A stretch of DNA of 63,688 nucleotides, counting the filler, from Collodictyon triciliatum (Eukaryota), in assembly GCA_043381765.1 (NCBI GenBank). It is 7 parts of 7 records of this genome, joined end to end, with 100 filler letters (N's around TTAATTAATTAA, not from the genome) between each part and the next. Parts side by side here need not be neighbours in the genome. Positions count along the whole stretch, not along the records: positions 27,766 to 41,543 come from JBHJMP010001922.1; positions 41,644 to 55,522 come from JBHJMP010001923.1; 5 more parts are not named here. One strand, 5' to 3'. The notes beneath the pieces were generated by a model that was not told the DNA's origin, searched no databases, and was given only the letters and a program-made list of their open reading frames with translations. A program made the translations under genes and the position numbers. Positions within the stretch are counted from its first letter, which is position 1, and the number at the start of each line of letters is the position of its first letter. Below are positions 40,172 through 51,500 of this stretch, piece by piece.

Positions 40172-41319
40172 TTATTCTTTAGCCGCACGCTGTCTTTTGT
40201 TTGAAGCAGGGGCGGATTCGGTTCCGCTACTCAGTCGGTCGGCGTGGTATGCAGGTTTGCGAAGGTTGATTCTAGATTATCAAATATTTTGTCAAGGCTT
40301 CTAATGCTTTTGTTTATTTTTCTATCTTAAAGAAAACAATAAATACAGCTACATAAGGAAACAAATCAATGACCACCGAGGTTCTCTATTTTCGTATCAC
40401 AGTGCATTAGAAATATATGTGTGCAGAAGGAAATCTATTCTACCCTGCATTTCGCAGAGACGAGGATAAGTCATCCAATACAAGGGTTACCCGACGGTCC
40501 TATTTGCAAGGAATTATTTTAGTTATATTAGAAAGTAGTTAGAACAAGAAAAAAGAAAAAAGAAAAAATGGCATCATGAAAAGGGATGGTTAGAATCTGC
40601 CTGCAATAAATAAATCTTTTAATCACGGAGGTTTGGTGTGTATGTTTGAAAAAATATAGTTTAAACCAATAGTGCGTAAGTGATTAGTGTGTACTCGTGA
40701 GTTTGGTTTAGTGCGGTCGCGATTGGTCTGCGTCCGAAGTTGATAATGGTGGAAGGAGTCTTCTGCAAGATTTGACAGGAATCGTTGGGTGGCGAGAGAT
40801 ATTAAGCGAATCCTAAGGGGGTTTAAATAGAAAAAATAAAAAAGAAAGATATATGCATGAATCTAACGAGATGATGTTGGGCATAACAGTACAAAAGGGA
40901 TATTTTCTCACGTCCTCCTATCTGTAGTTTGAAACCCGGTTCGGGTAAGGTAGTGAGAAACAACTTCATCTGGAATCTAGCACCACGTGATTGGTTTTTA
41001 TCAGAAGAAATTGTTCGAATATGTATAATATCACAGATTTTGTGGCGGTGAATATTATAAAATAAAGAGAATGAAAAAAGAATGAAAAAAGAATGAAAAA
41101 AGAATGAAAAAGAATGAAAAAAGATCAAAATTTGATATATTTTGGCGATCATGTTGTGGATTTTCATTTTCAGAGGAAGTGTAGATACCGTGGGAATGTA
41201 ATCATCAAGAGACTCTAAAAAGTTTTCGAGTTTTTCCCTCTCCTTGGTTGTTGCGCTGCTAACAACTTCTTCCATAGGCGCAGTTGGTACCGTATTTAAG
41301 GCGCTCCCAGCTGTCGATT
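40172..41319 (-). CDS. TAF10: Transcription initiation factor TFIID subunit 10, 5'-truncated
   Basis: LENFLESLDDYIPT|IPDEVVSHYLTRTGF..IRLISLATQRFLSNLAEDS..VTLVLDDLSSSL..G|INLRKPAYHAD; TAA at 40172-40174. Confidence 0.92.
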
Positions 41320-41361
41320 CTTTAAGAATAAATAGGCGAGATTATACCAAAAGATAATAGA

Positions 41362-41543
41362 GGAATAACAAAAGAATAACAAAAGAATAACAAAAGAATA
41401 ACAAAAGAATAACAAAAGAATAACAAAAGAATAACAAAAGAATAACAAAAGAATAACAAAAGAATAACAAAAGAATAACAGAAGAATAACAGAAGAATAA
41501 CAGAAGAATAACAGAAGAATAACAGAAGAATAACAGAAGAATA
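41362..41543. repeat. 11-bp tandem repeat (AAAAGAATAAC / AGAAGAATAAC)n
   Basis: Visible directly at the contig end. Confidence 0.92.
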
Positions 41544-41643
41544 NNNNNNNNNNNNNNNNNNNNNNNNNNNNNNNNNNNNNNNNNNNNTTAATTAATTAAN
41601 NNNNNNNNNNNNNNNNNNNNNNNNNNNNNNNNNNNNNNNNNNN
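41544..41643. other. Artificial contig linker
   Basis: N-run + TTAATTAATTAA + N-run. Confidence 0.98.
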
Positions 41644-43388
41644 AAAAAAACGGAGAGTCTCATCAAACCATATTTTAAGTAGAGAGAAAATATTTGTGTT
41701 CCTTATGTAATGCTGGATTCCAAAGTATCTCAAAATGAAATTCTCTCATATTGTATTGATGAGTTCCTGAACTAAGGTGTTCCGCCAAAAAAATCAGAAA
41801 TTTAACATACGAAAATTCAATGTACTTTTTTTAAAAAAAACATTCATCCAGTGGTTCGCTCGGTACATTAGGTTTCATAGATGGAAAGCTTAAGGTTTGG
41901 CTATTCTGGCCAAACTTTCATCTTACGAAATGCTTTCTTTTCATAATATTGATTTGCCAACTGAACATAGAATTCGTTAGCGCGAGGTGCTCGCTTTGTT
42001 ATTGTCTCAGCAATGCAGATTCTGTTTATAGCAAAAGCATAGCATATGTACTATTTTTGCTTTAAATGAAACCAATCATTCAATTTAATCACAAATCAAC
42101 CACCTCGAACTGATTAACTGCAAGCGTAATGAAACTTGAAAATTTTTTGCCCACCATATTCGTGATATAGCTTGGAAAAAGTGCTTAATGATTCTATTGA
42201 ATTCACATTAAAAAAATCTTAAGTATTATCATGTGTGTCCCTGTCGAATTAAACGCGAAAGTTCGAAAAGAAACCCAAAATCCAGGCATAATCTGCACTT
42301 TATGTACACCTAAAGTCCTGTACTAACTAAGTGAAATGCAAAAAATTGAATTCATAATTTCGCCTTTCATCTTTAAATAGCCACGCAATCATGTCATAAC
42401 TGCCAGCTCTTTATCTCATATTCGATCTGATGAATACATTCATCTATCAAAAATCCCTCTAAAACTGCGGTTCTCAATCGATTCATATACATCAAGTCGT
42501 TTACACAATTAAAATAAGATTATTTTCGGAAAAAAAACTGCCAGTAGGTTGGAAAATATTACAGAATAAACAAAATCTTTGTGCTGGCTACATCTGCCTG
42601 TACCCTTAATGAGAAGGTCTTGAATCTTTCCTCGATGCCTTGCTGATAAAAATAGGCGCAGTGGACGAGATACACAAATCTCATAGATACCAACGGCGGT
42701 CGACTAAACATCAGCCATATTAATGGCGGCGGGTGCAATCGGAGATTTTTGGATTTAGGAGGCGAGCCCCCTGATTGCGCTGGAATGAGAAGAAAAAACA
42801 AGTGTGCAGATTGTCGATGTGGCTACTTTTTCCTTTTCGTTCACAGACAACACAAAGACAAACACTCCAGGCAGTAATTCGTTACTTCAAGTGCGGGCAG
42901 CATACTTAGACACATGTAAACTTTTGAATATGCTGTCATTGCAGTCCCCAAACAAGAGTGTGATATTCTTATTCGTAATAGATATGTAAAGCACTATTTT
43001 ACGGAGTCGTTCGTAAGACCAATCCGAAGCTTATCGCACGAACTGAAATGGGCTTCATGGTTGGTATGACAGTATATGTGATTCCTGATAAATGAAGATA
43101 TTAAACTGACGTATTTAAAAGAAAAAGAAGCATACCACAGAGCGAAGGCGTGCATCATGGCGCGCTTCCGCAGACACTTTCAGAAGACAACATGCGGACA
43201 CGCATCGAGTTTGATGTGTTATACTATCATGAGTATGGTGATGGTGATTTGGATTCGAAAATTCGAGGCTGGCAGGAATCGAGGAAGAAGCGTAGAAGAT
43301 TAAAAGAGGACAAGGAGAAAAAAAGATAAGGCGGAAGAAGATAAGGCCACCAGCAGGGACTGAGCGAGGGTGCAAGGCATCAAAAATA

Positions 43389-43459
43389 TGCGCTCGCCGG
43401 GAATCGAACCCGGGTCGACCGCGTGGCAGGCGATCATCATACCACTAGACCACGAGCGC
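43389..43459 (-). tRNA. tRNA-Gly(GCC)
   Basis: GCGCTCGTGGTCTAGTGGTATGATGATCGCCTGCCACGCGGTCGACCCGGGTTCGATTCCCGGCGAGCGCA: full cloverleaf, GCC anticodon, followed by a T5 Pol III terminator. Confidence 0.96.
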
Positions 43460-43549
43460 TTCTTCTTATAAAACTTTGATGAGACAATGTATATCAATAC
43501 ATCAACATTGAATTTTTAGCACTTTTCATTTTTTCTTTTTTCTTTTCTA

Positions 43550-43850
43550 CATAAATGATTTCAAATATATTATTTCTAATACTCTGCGCTGGGGCAAATG
43601 GTGAGTTCTAGTGGAAAAGAACCATCCGCATAAATAATGGAACGGATAGTTATTTAAGCATCAGCTCACATCCAAACGACTTTTCAAACGCAGCTTGCGT
43701 CCCAAAGTTATATCTGCCAATGGTCATGAAAGTAATAATATGCGGATTACCGATAGGGAGCTATATCACAATAATAACCCATTACCAATTTGCTTTCTCT
43801 TCTTAATGTTTGAGAGATGCATAGTCATTCTTTCATCTCATAGCAAAACT
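43550..43850 (-). pseudogene. Decayed paralog of the 3' end of the membrane-protein gene at 49498-51221
   Basis: Alignable by eye to 49500-49790 (shared CCAAACGACTTTTCAAACGC and TGGAAAAGAACCATC; MTIGRYNFGTQAAFEKSFG vs VTIDKYYFGIHVAFEKSFG), with stops. Upstream extent unclear. Confidence 0.65.
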
Positions 43851-45495
43851 AAAATAAAACGGAATCGACGGAATGATAACATGTTATGTGTTTTCAGTCC
43901 GCCCACAACAATCATCACCTGTTGGCCGCTGGAGCCAATACCTGTAGTCCGATTTTTGTAGGCAAGTATATTTTCATTGTGACAAGCCCATTATTCGGGT
44001 TTAACGCAGCACAAGACTACACTCTTCCACAACAAGGTATACACTATACCCACGGACCATACGACCAGACAAAAAGCTGAAAGAAATCATGCAAGCCTTG
44101 TATATACATGCTGATGAATATCCCAGCACACGGGTTAGTATATTTTTGTTTACATGATGACTGCTACTTTGGGGAATGATTATTTTCTTTACAAAGACTG
44201 TGTGTATATTTTTGGAACAATAGTCCGACTCTCAGATGCGCGGTGGTGGGTCAGAAAGAATTTAAGCAAGGAATGAGCGAGAGATGTTGGTATATCTTAC
44301 AGTATCTCTATCGCTCAGCTAATTATACAGACGATATCATATAGTGCGTCTCTTGAATGAGAATCTCCAAAGCTTATGAGACAAGTCTTACAAATATGTG
44401 AAAAGAAATCCAATCCAACTTTGGAAAGGTAGAAGGGATGTTTGCTTCCGACCTTGTTGGTTTACTTGCACAAAACATGAAAGCATCACGATATAATATC
44501 GCTGAAATGGGTGATTGTCCGAATACATATAAAGAGCAATAACACATTCGAATACTTTGATTACTCGCATGGTTTGACAATATACGATTACATAATGAAG
44601 GTGTATATGGTCGACGTCGTTAAACGTGAAACAATAGAAGAAGAAAAAGACGAGGATAGAGGAATCAATACCTGAATGAGGAGGCGGATGTCTGGAGGAA
44701 GATAGCAGACGGATTAAACATCATTATGGGGGTCATATTCACTGTGCTAATACGTCCTATTGGTTGTAGTATGGTGAATTTTTATAAGACTTCGCATGTC
44801 TCAGCTCAATGGGGATAGCTACATGGTCGAAAAGTAAAAAGTATTTAGAGTAATTCGAGGGCGTGGGTGCGTTCTTAGTGGTATCCATCCTGTGACACAC
44901 CTTTAGTGTCTCTTTGATTTGAAGAATGGAGGATTTAGTTTTCTATTTCAAGAAGCGAGATTCACAAATCAGTCCAACAGAGTCTCAAACACGACTATCT
45001 TCTTTTCGACATAATTTTTGATGGGGCATCTTTACATTTTAATGTTGATTTTTTTTTTCTCTGCTAAATAAATATTAGTATGAGGAAAATCGAATAAAGG
45101 AAAAAAAAAAATTAGTATGAGGAATGAAGGACTATGCAGCTTGATATGGAGGATTGGGGACCCTTTAAGAAGATTCTTTATGGACCAGTAGTTTGATGGT
45201 GGAGGAAATGATGCGCGCATGGAAGGAAGCAAGGGCGTCATTCGTTTCCATTTTTAAAGCCTCTGCGTTTATTCTCTGTATTTGGTGTCTTTGGGGACTA
45301 AAAAACGAGTATGCCATTTCGTGAAAAGAAAAGATGAAGAATAGCAGGTATCAGCTTGATGAATATGGAATCATTACTATGGGACTATATGATGTGTGGA
45401 GACTCTAAGGACAACAAAGGCTGGGCTTGGGCGAAAAGAAGAGGATGATATAACTCCACAAAAGGAGACGGGTGTGATATGAGCAAAATGTAATC

Positions 45496-45568
45496 TGGAG
45501 GTGACGGGCATCGATCCCGTTACCTCTCGCATGCTAAGCGAGCGCTCTACCATCTGAGCTACACCCCC
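45496..45568 (-). tRNA. tRNA-Ala(AGC)
   Basis: GGGGGTGTAGCTCAGATGGTAGAGCGCTCGCTTAGCATGCGAGAGGTAACGGGATCGATGCCCGTCACCTCCA: G3:U70 identity pair, AGC anticodon, intact arms. Confidence 0.96.
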
Positions 45569-46437
45569 TGACCTGTTTGACCAATAAAAGTAAAGTAATA
45601 AAAACACAATATACTACGTTTCTTTTCTTTTTCTTTTTCTTTTATACTTGTGTGGATTCAGTTTATCGCTATTTTTTTTTTAATTCAATACATGTTTTTT
45701 TTAAACTTTCTCATCCGAACAATTTCTTTTCAACAGGTTATTGAGAGAATACAAGGCCAAGGAAAACGACTCCATCTCCATGTCAACAATGAGCTGTTGA
45801 CGAGTCAGTAGAAAACCGGATTGTGTTAGTGTTTTTGTGTTTTGGGTGAAGGAAAAGAAAGGAAAAGGAAGAAACGAAAATAGAAAGGTGAGAAAGGTGG
45901 GAAAGCATTCTCACAGAGTATTCCACCCGAAATGATTCAGCTCCAATGCGATTTCTGGTTGTATTCGATACTAACAGAAGAGCGGGTAAAGTTTTCGGGT
46001 CGATGAAAGTACGCACATGGCGGTTACTTCGAAGTCGATTGCGAAGTAGTCATTTCAGATATATATCTCACACAAGTCTGATATCCTATTGTATTCAACA
46101 GGATGAGTCTTTTAAGGGGACAACGGGTCACTTTCCTTGCGTTTCTTGCCGGGCGACTCAGACAAAAAGCGACACATCGTTGTTTGTCTGGTATTAGCGG
46201 AAGTGGCGCTTGACCGTTCCTTAGTTTCGGACCCATGCGTATCCGGCAGTGGACTTTGTTAACCGGAGTATGTCTATGCGTTTGTGGTTTTAGAAACATA
46301 CGTTGTTGCCTTTTTGGACTGTCATTAACGTATGGAGTTCCCAGCTTGGATTCGACTTGTGCTATTTGCTCTTGCTCCTTGGTTCTCGATGCGAAAGGTT
46401 GCCGCTGATGTCTTCGTGGGCACTTTCATTCTACAAA

Positions 46438-47315
46438 CTATTTTATTCGTTGCTTTTCGGACATAATCCTAGTTGAACTCTTCACCACTTTTTGGATATT
46501 CAAAGGCATTCTATCTGTTATGAATAATATGCGTCCGATATCTGAGCTTTTCTTGTTGATGCTGCCTTCTCAATTGGCTAGATATGAGAATAATGCTGCT
46601 ATCGCGTAGCGTTTCTTGGCTAGTTCTCTTTTCAGAGTGGCATACTTAATTCTTCTTGCGCCTTCTTTTTTATGTGGTTCTGTGGCATCTCCACTACATC
46701 GACATGATGTATTTTGTTATATCTGTTTTTATAGGCAGCTTTGTTAGCTTTTATAGCCGAGGTCTGGACTCCAGAGTCAAAGTTACTTTCGAACTGTATC
46801 GTGATGTAATGCTCTGCAATTGCTTTATCTATTTACTCCACTTTGACCTTTTAGACCTTCTAGGCTTTGCATTTGAGGCTAAAGTGTTTGTGAATATATC
46901 GCACTACTTTGTAATGAAGTCTTCTGCAGTGTGGCGGATTTACAAAGCAGGCTCCGGTTTCGTAGGTATCAATCCTATTTGACATGTAAGTATTGTATTT
47001 TGCTAAAGAATATGTTCCCATATTGTATGTTAAAGTACGTTGTTTCTTTCCTTCGGGAACTGGTTCCTTTTGTGAACTATTGAATGCAGTCATTTTGGCG
47101 TACGCTTCCTTTTCTAAAGATTTTTTGAGCAGAGGGGAAGTACTATCTTCCTGTTTCTTTCCCTGAGGTGCTGGCTTTGATAATTTCTCAACTTCATGCT
47201 GATAAACTCCTTGATTTTGAGCTCTGGATATTTTAGTAGAATATAAGCCCTTCATAGTGCCCACGAGTACATTCGTATTTTTCTGATACTTATATGTGCC
47301 CCAGCTGTCAATCAA
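46438..47315 (-). mobile_element. Decayed 3' fragment of an RLE-type (R4/Dong-like) non-LTR retrotransposon ORF
   Basis: Reading through stops and one frameshift: LHYKVVRYIHKHFSLK...IHHVDV...RIKYATLKRELA...FSYLAN*EG...ITDRMPLNIQKVV. Order and spacing follow the RH-x-x-V-x-x-x-IH ... (RPD) ... IEV ... KxxKY ... IPYVxxWxG ... IQ pattern of RLE domains. Catalytic residues are eroded and no RT domain is seen. Confidence 0.6.
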
Positions 47316-47477
47316 AATTCACAGAGGAATTAAGAACAAATAAGAAGCAATTGTAAGTTTTTATTAAATAATCATACTAATTAAAATCAAGAAGACTCTA
47401 TTTGGGGCTCTCTGCAGCAGATGTGCATAGATGGGCATTCTCACTGAACTATAATGATGCTTGAGGTTAAATTATTA

Positions 47478-48612
47478 CCTTCGAGCCGACTGCTTTAATG
47501 CTTTTTGATGAGCAGTGGGCAGAATTAACCAAGAAATTATGGACACAAGTTGCCGATTGGTGAAATAAAACTTTTACATATAGGAATTGGAATCAAAGAA
47601 ACTAAACATTAATGTTCGATTAATTATTCAGATTTGTAAATTTATATACAGAAGCAATCATATGACATATAATTACTATTCAGCTAAAGCTGACATACCT
47701 TTTTATGCTATTTCAATCGAAATCAATATTGACTTCCATTCCCCTAATCCACTGCACGATAAAGTTTTTCGCATTACCGGGGGTGGGGGTAAATGAAATT
47801 CCCTATAATTATCGCAATTAAAGTTTTCTACTAGACTTTACTCAAAGCTGGATGCAATCCAGACGATTTAGCAATACTCTCACAAAGCAGAAGCGTTAGC
47901 TGTTTTCCACTTATTTGTTGAAAAAGAACCTTCATTGCATTCATATTCATGGACTTGCTCATAATGTTTCATGAAAATTTCCTCTTTTCGATTCCATCTT
48001 ATGGATGTTAATTTTAAAGTTGTGTGATTTGAGAGAAACAGACTGCGATGTATAATTGGCGATTTTAAACAAAATTCACTTATAATATATTACAAGACTA
48101 GGAGATGGGTTCTTTCATACAAATCCAGATGCCACATAATTCTCATTTGCCTCGGTCTGTTATCAACAGTTAATAAAGAGAGAAGAAATTCAAATCCATA
48201 CGCAGCCATCCAAATACAAAGTTGGAGTATTTCAAAGTCATATCAACTCGATATTTTGCTACGTTTTTATCTCCTTATTTTTTTGGATTTGCAATTATCA
48301 GATTACAATTCCAGGCATTATGATTTTCCAAATGCCTTACAAAGTTGATATAACGATAATAAAATCTCAATAAAAGCCAGTGATTTTGTTTGTATCTTTT
48401 GAGGTCTCCAGATGAAAATAGAATGATGAAAATAACTTCACATTATTACCCTATTTTTATTATTAGGTTTTAAAGGTGCATGTACTATTATCTGCATTCC
48501 ACAATATAAGTCCACTTGATGTAATCACTCCGACGAATATAGCGGCGAACATCATAATATCCAAACCAATATACATATGAACATCTGCGTTGACAACAAG
48601 AGCAGATTCTTG
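47478..48612 (-). pseudogene. Probable decayed TM+RGS-domain gene
   Basis: In order: hydrophobic MYIGLDIMMFAAIFVGVITSSGLILW; SLVENF; AKNFIVQWIRGMEVNIDFD* (RGS EVNID motif at 47722-47736) followed by a GTATGT donor; LFHQSATCVHNFLVNS (resembles the RGS C-terminal helix). Many stops. Confidence 0.4.
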
Positions 48613-49315
48613 TTTCGACCATCACTTTTTTTTAATACCGAATAACAATTTCTAAAATAAAAGGGAAAAAAAGTATTACTTTAAATCTATCTGAAGCAAA
48701 AAATCAGTGTTTGATGTGATTCTGAAGAAAATTATATTCCATCACATTCTTAGTAAGAATGACTCTTGACTCAAACGCACATCTGGATTACGACGATGAC
48801 CGACACAGATAAGAATGGAAAACATCAAAAAAAAAATGCTTTCAATAGCGAAGTGCTTCGTGATGCTATAAGTTCATGAAAAGGAATAAACCTGGTTTTT
48901 TCTTTTGAACCTTTCGGTCGCATAAATGTGTTACCAAGTACAATGGACGCGCCACTTGAATGTTTGTGCGGTTTTCATCCCTATGCAAAAAAGTTCATTT
49001 CAAGAAATAAACACAAGGTGGCGAAGATGATTTATTTCACAGTTTTCTTTGGGATGTATGAATTCACCAGAACAAACAAGTTCAGAACCCCTTCTAAGAC
49101 ATTAATATGTTCTCCTTCGAAGTGTGTGTGGCTGGCGTTGATTGCGGCACCTGCGAATATTAGGAAACGTCGGAGCGCCCATTCAAAGAAACAAAGTGAG
49201 TTCAGGCTACACCATACCTATCTTTTATGAGAAGAGAGTGAATCTCGCGTGAAAAGCGTTTGGAGAGAAAAGGAAAAGAGAAATACATCCCAGCACAACA
49301 CATGACTCAAAAATA

Positions 49316-49386
49316 TGCGCTCGCCGGGAATCGAACCCGGGTCGACCGCGTGGCAGGCGATCATCATACCACTAGACCACGAGCGC
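49316..49386 (-). tRNA. tRNA-Gly(GCC), identical to 43389-43459
   Basis: Same 71-nt sequence and same TATTTTTG trailer. Confidence 0.96.
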
Positions 49387-49497
49387 TTTTCTTATGTGGA
49401 GGGGATTATATAAGGTATATGAATACATCAACATTGAATTCTAAACACTTTCTATTATTTCTTTTTATCTTTTCTCCCTTTTCCCCCCTTTTTTTTA

Positions 49498-51221
49498 TCC
49501 TAAATAAATGGTTTCTAAAAAGTGTTTATTCCCAATACTCTGTGCTGGGGCGAAAGGCGAGTTCTATTGGAAAAGAACCATCAGCGAGATGAATGTGGCC
49601 TGAACAATCACCCAAGGCTTCAACACAAATCCAAACGACTTTTCAAACGCGACATGAATACCAAAATAATATTTGTCAATGGTCACGGAAACAATCTGTG
49701 TGAATAATTCGATGGGAGCTGTATCATAATACTCACTACCAATTCGGTTGCAGTTGTAAATGTTTGAAAAATCACGTAATCATCGATTGGCTTGCACAAA
49801 AACAGAATCAGGGAAATGAAAAAGACAAGTTGAATCTCGTTCATGTACACAAAAAATGAGCGATGCGACCTGTATGCAAGAATGTAGTTTGCGATGTCGC
49901 GGCTTCTTTTATCTACGATATGTTGGAATCTGTTATTCGGTTGCACTATGTCCTCCTTTGTATCCTTGCACTCTACCTTTCTTTCGTTTTTCATTTGAAT
50001 GCCCGATAGAGATGAGCCCTCCAAGGGGTCGTCATTATTGATATTCTCTATCTTTTGCCTGCAGAAGCAGCACTTGTATTTATTTATTTCGTAATATTCC
50101 AAAAGGCTTATGGTTAGCAATGTGCGATGCATGAACATAGCACGGAACAGTATCTCGAAGAACCCAGATGACAATGCCACTAATGCCAGCTCAAAAAAAT
50201 TTGGCGAGTTTGTGACCATCAGCCTGAGAATAGCCAAAGAGGTAAAATTCATCAGGTTTCCCGTCAACATGCGATGCTTCAAGAGCTCTGTGGACTTGTC
50301 AATAAGTAAGTTGTTCTGGTAAGCATCGATTGTATTGAACAGAAATGGAACCACAATAGTCCTCCCTGTGATTCTCATTATGATGTTCGCATTCATGAAG
50401 AAAGGAACAACATAGTAAGATAATATATAGTAAAAGATAAAGAAGGGGATAATTCCTTGGAATATGGCCATCGGTGTCCCATCTGATGCTAGCACACCAT
50501 ACCGAGGCTTATCGTCTTCATCGCCACTTTCAGGATTGTATTTATAGTCTCTGACCCCCTTGAGCAAAAAATAACAATGCAACAGAAACACCCCGTAGTA
50601 AAAAAAAGACAAAGAAGGCCACTCATAAACTTGCCGAACCACATACACTGAAACATGAAATAAACAACAAGGTATGACGACGCGATATATGGACCGGGCA
50701 ATTCTCTGCCAGCCAAAAGTGAAAATGAATATTGTAGAGACAGAGGCATACGTCGCGACTGCAAAAACTGAGTTTGAAATGATAAAGTGATAGAGGACAT
50801 TCTGATGATTAAAGTGAAATAACCACGTGCAACCAAAAATGATGAAAGTAAACGCGGCTGAAAATGAGGTGTCAAAGTGAATCCAGTTCCTACAGCTTGT
50901 CTCGTCGCTGAGTTCGTCTCCAAACCGAATGCGCGGTCGAGTACGCTATGTGAGTCGCAATTGGAGTCATTTCTTGCAGTTTCTTCGGCAATACCATCCA
51001 TCAGTTCTGCGCGTAAGGGAAGTCACTCCTGCTAGGAAAAATGGGAATAGTCCAGGGCGTGCACAATTTATATGAGATGGGTCATCTGCAACATGATAAG
51101 GGCGATTTAGGATTCTGTTGTGTTGAGCAGAAGCCTTCTCTCGCTTTTTCTCTGCTTTTTCATTACTCAAGGAACGAGCCCAAATTTGGATAATCTTCAG
51201 TCCTTCTTTTACTTCCGCCAT
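49498..51221 (-). pseudogene. Largely intronless multipass membrane protein gene with frameshifts (unknown family)
   Basis: A stop-free frame of over 400 codons runs from about 50945 to 49683 with many TM segments. The N-terminus (MAEVKEG, ATG 51221) and the C-terminus (IELFTQIVSVTIDKYYFG...) lie in other frames, implying shifts near 51003, 50945 and 49715. Confidence 0.7.
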
Positions 51222-51427
51222 CCCAATCCCAATCATTTATGTGCAATGAAAAGGTGTGTGTGTTTCTCCAATTAAGGAATTGGGTGCTCGTGTAACTTAC
51301 TATCGAAATATATATATAATTATTTATATACAATTGATACGCATTAGCAAGCATTAAATATATTTGACCTGCAAAATAAGAATCATTGTATTTTCCACAT
51401 GCGATCTGTTGGATGGCCAAAACTTTG

Positions 51428-51500
51428 TGGAGGTGGCAGGCATCAACTCCATTACCTCTCGCATGCTAAGCGAGCGCTATAACATCCGAGCTACACCCCC
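51428..51500 (-). pseudogene. tRNA-Ala(AGC) pseudogene
   Basis: 73-nt copy of 45496-45568 with D-loop GG changed to GT and an unpaired T-arm (ATGGA GTTGATG CCTGC); acceptor and anticodon arms retained. Confidence 0.85.

Noticed and set aside
35363-40174. Non-standard nuclear genetic code
   Set aside because: Conserved genes end at TAA or TGA in the expected places, and no intact conserved exon needed stop reassignment.
41644-43380. Short ORFs before the first tRNA-Gly, and those in 52700-55320
   Set aside because: No recognisable domains, splice-consistent models or element ends.
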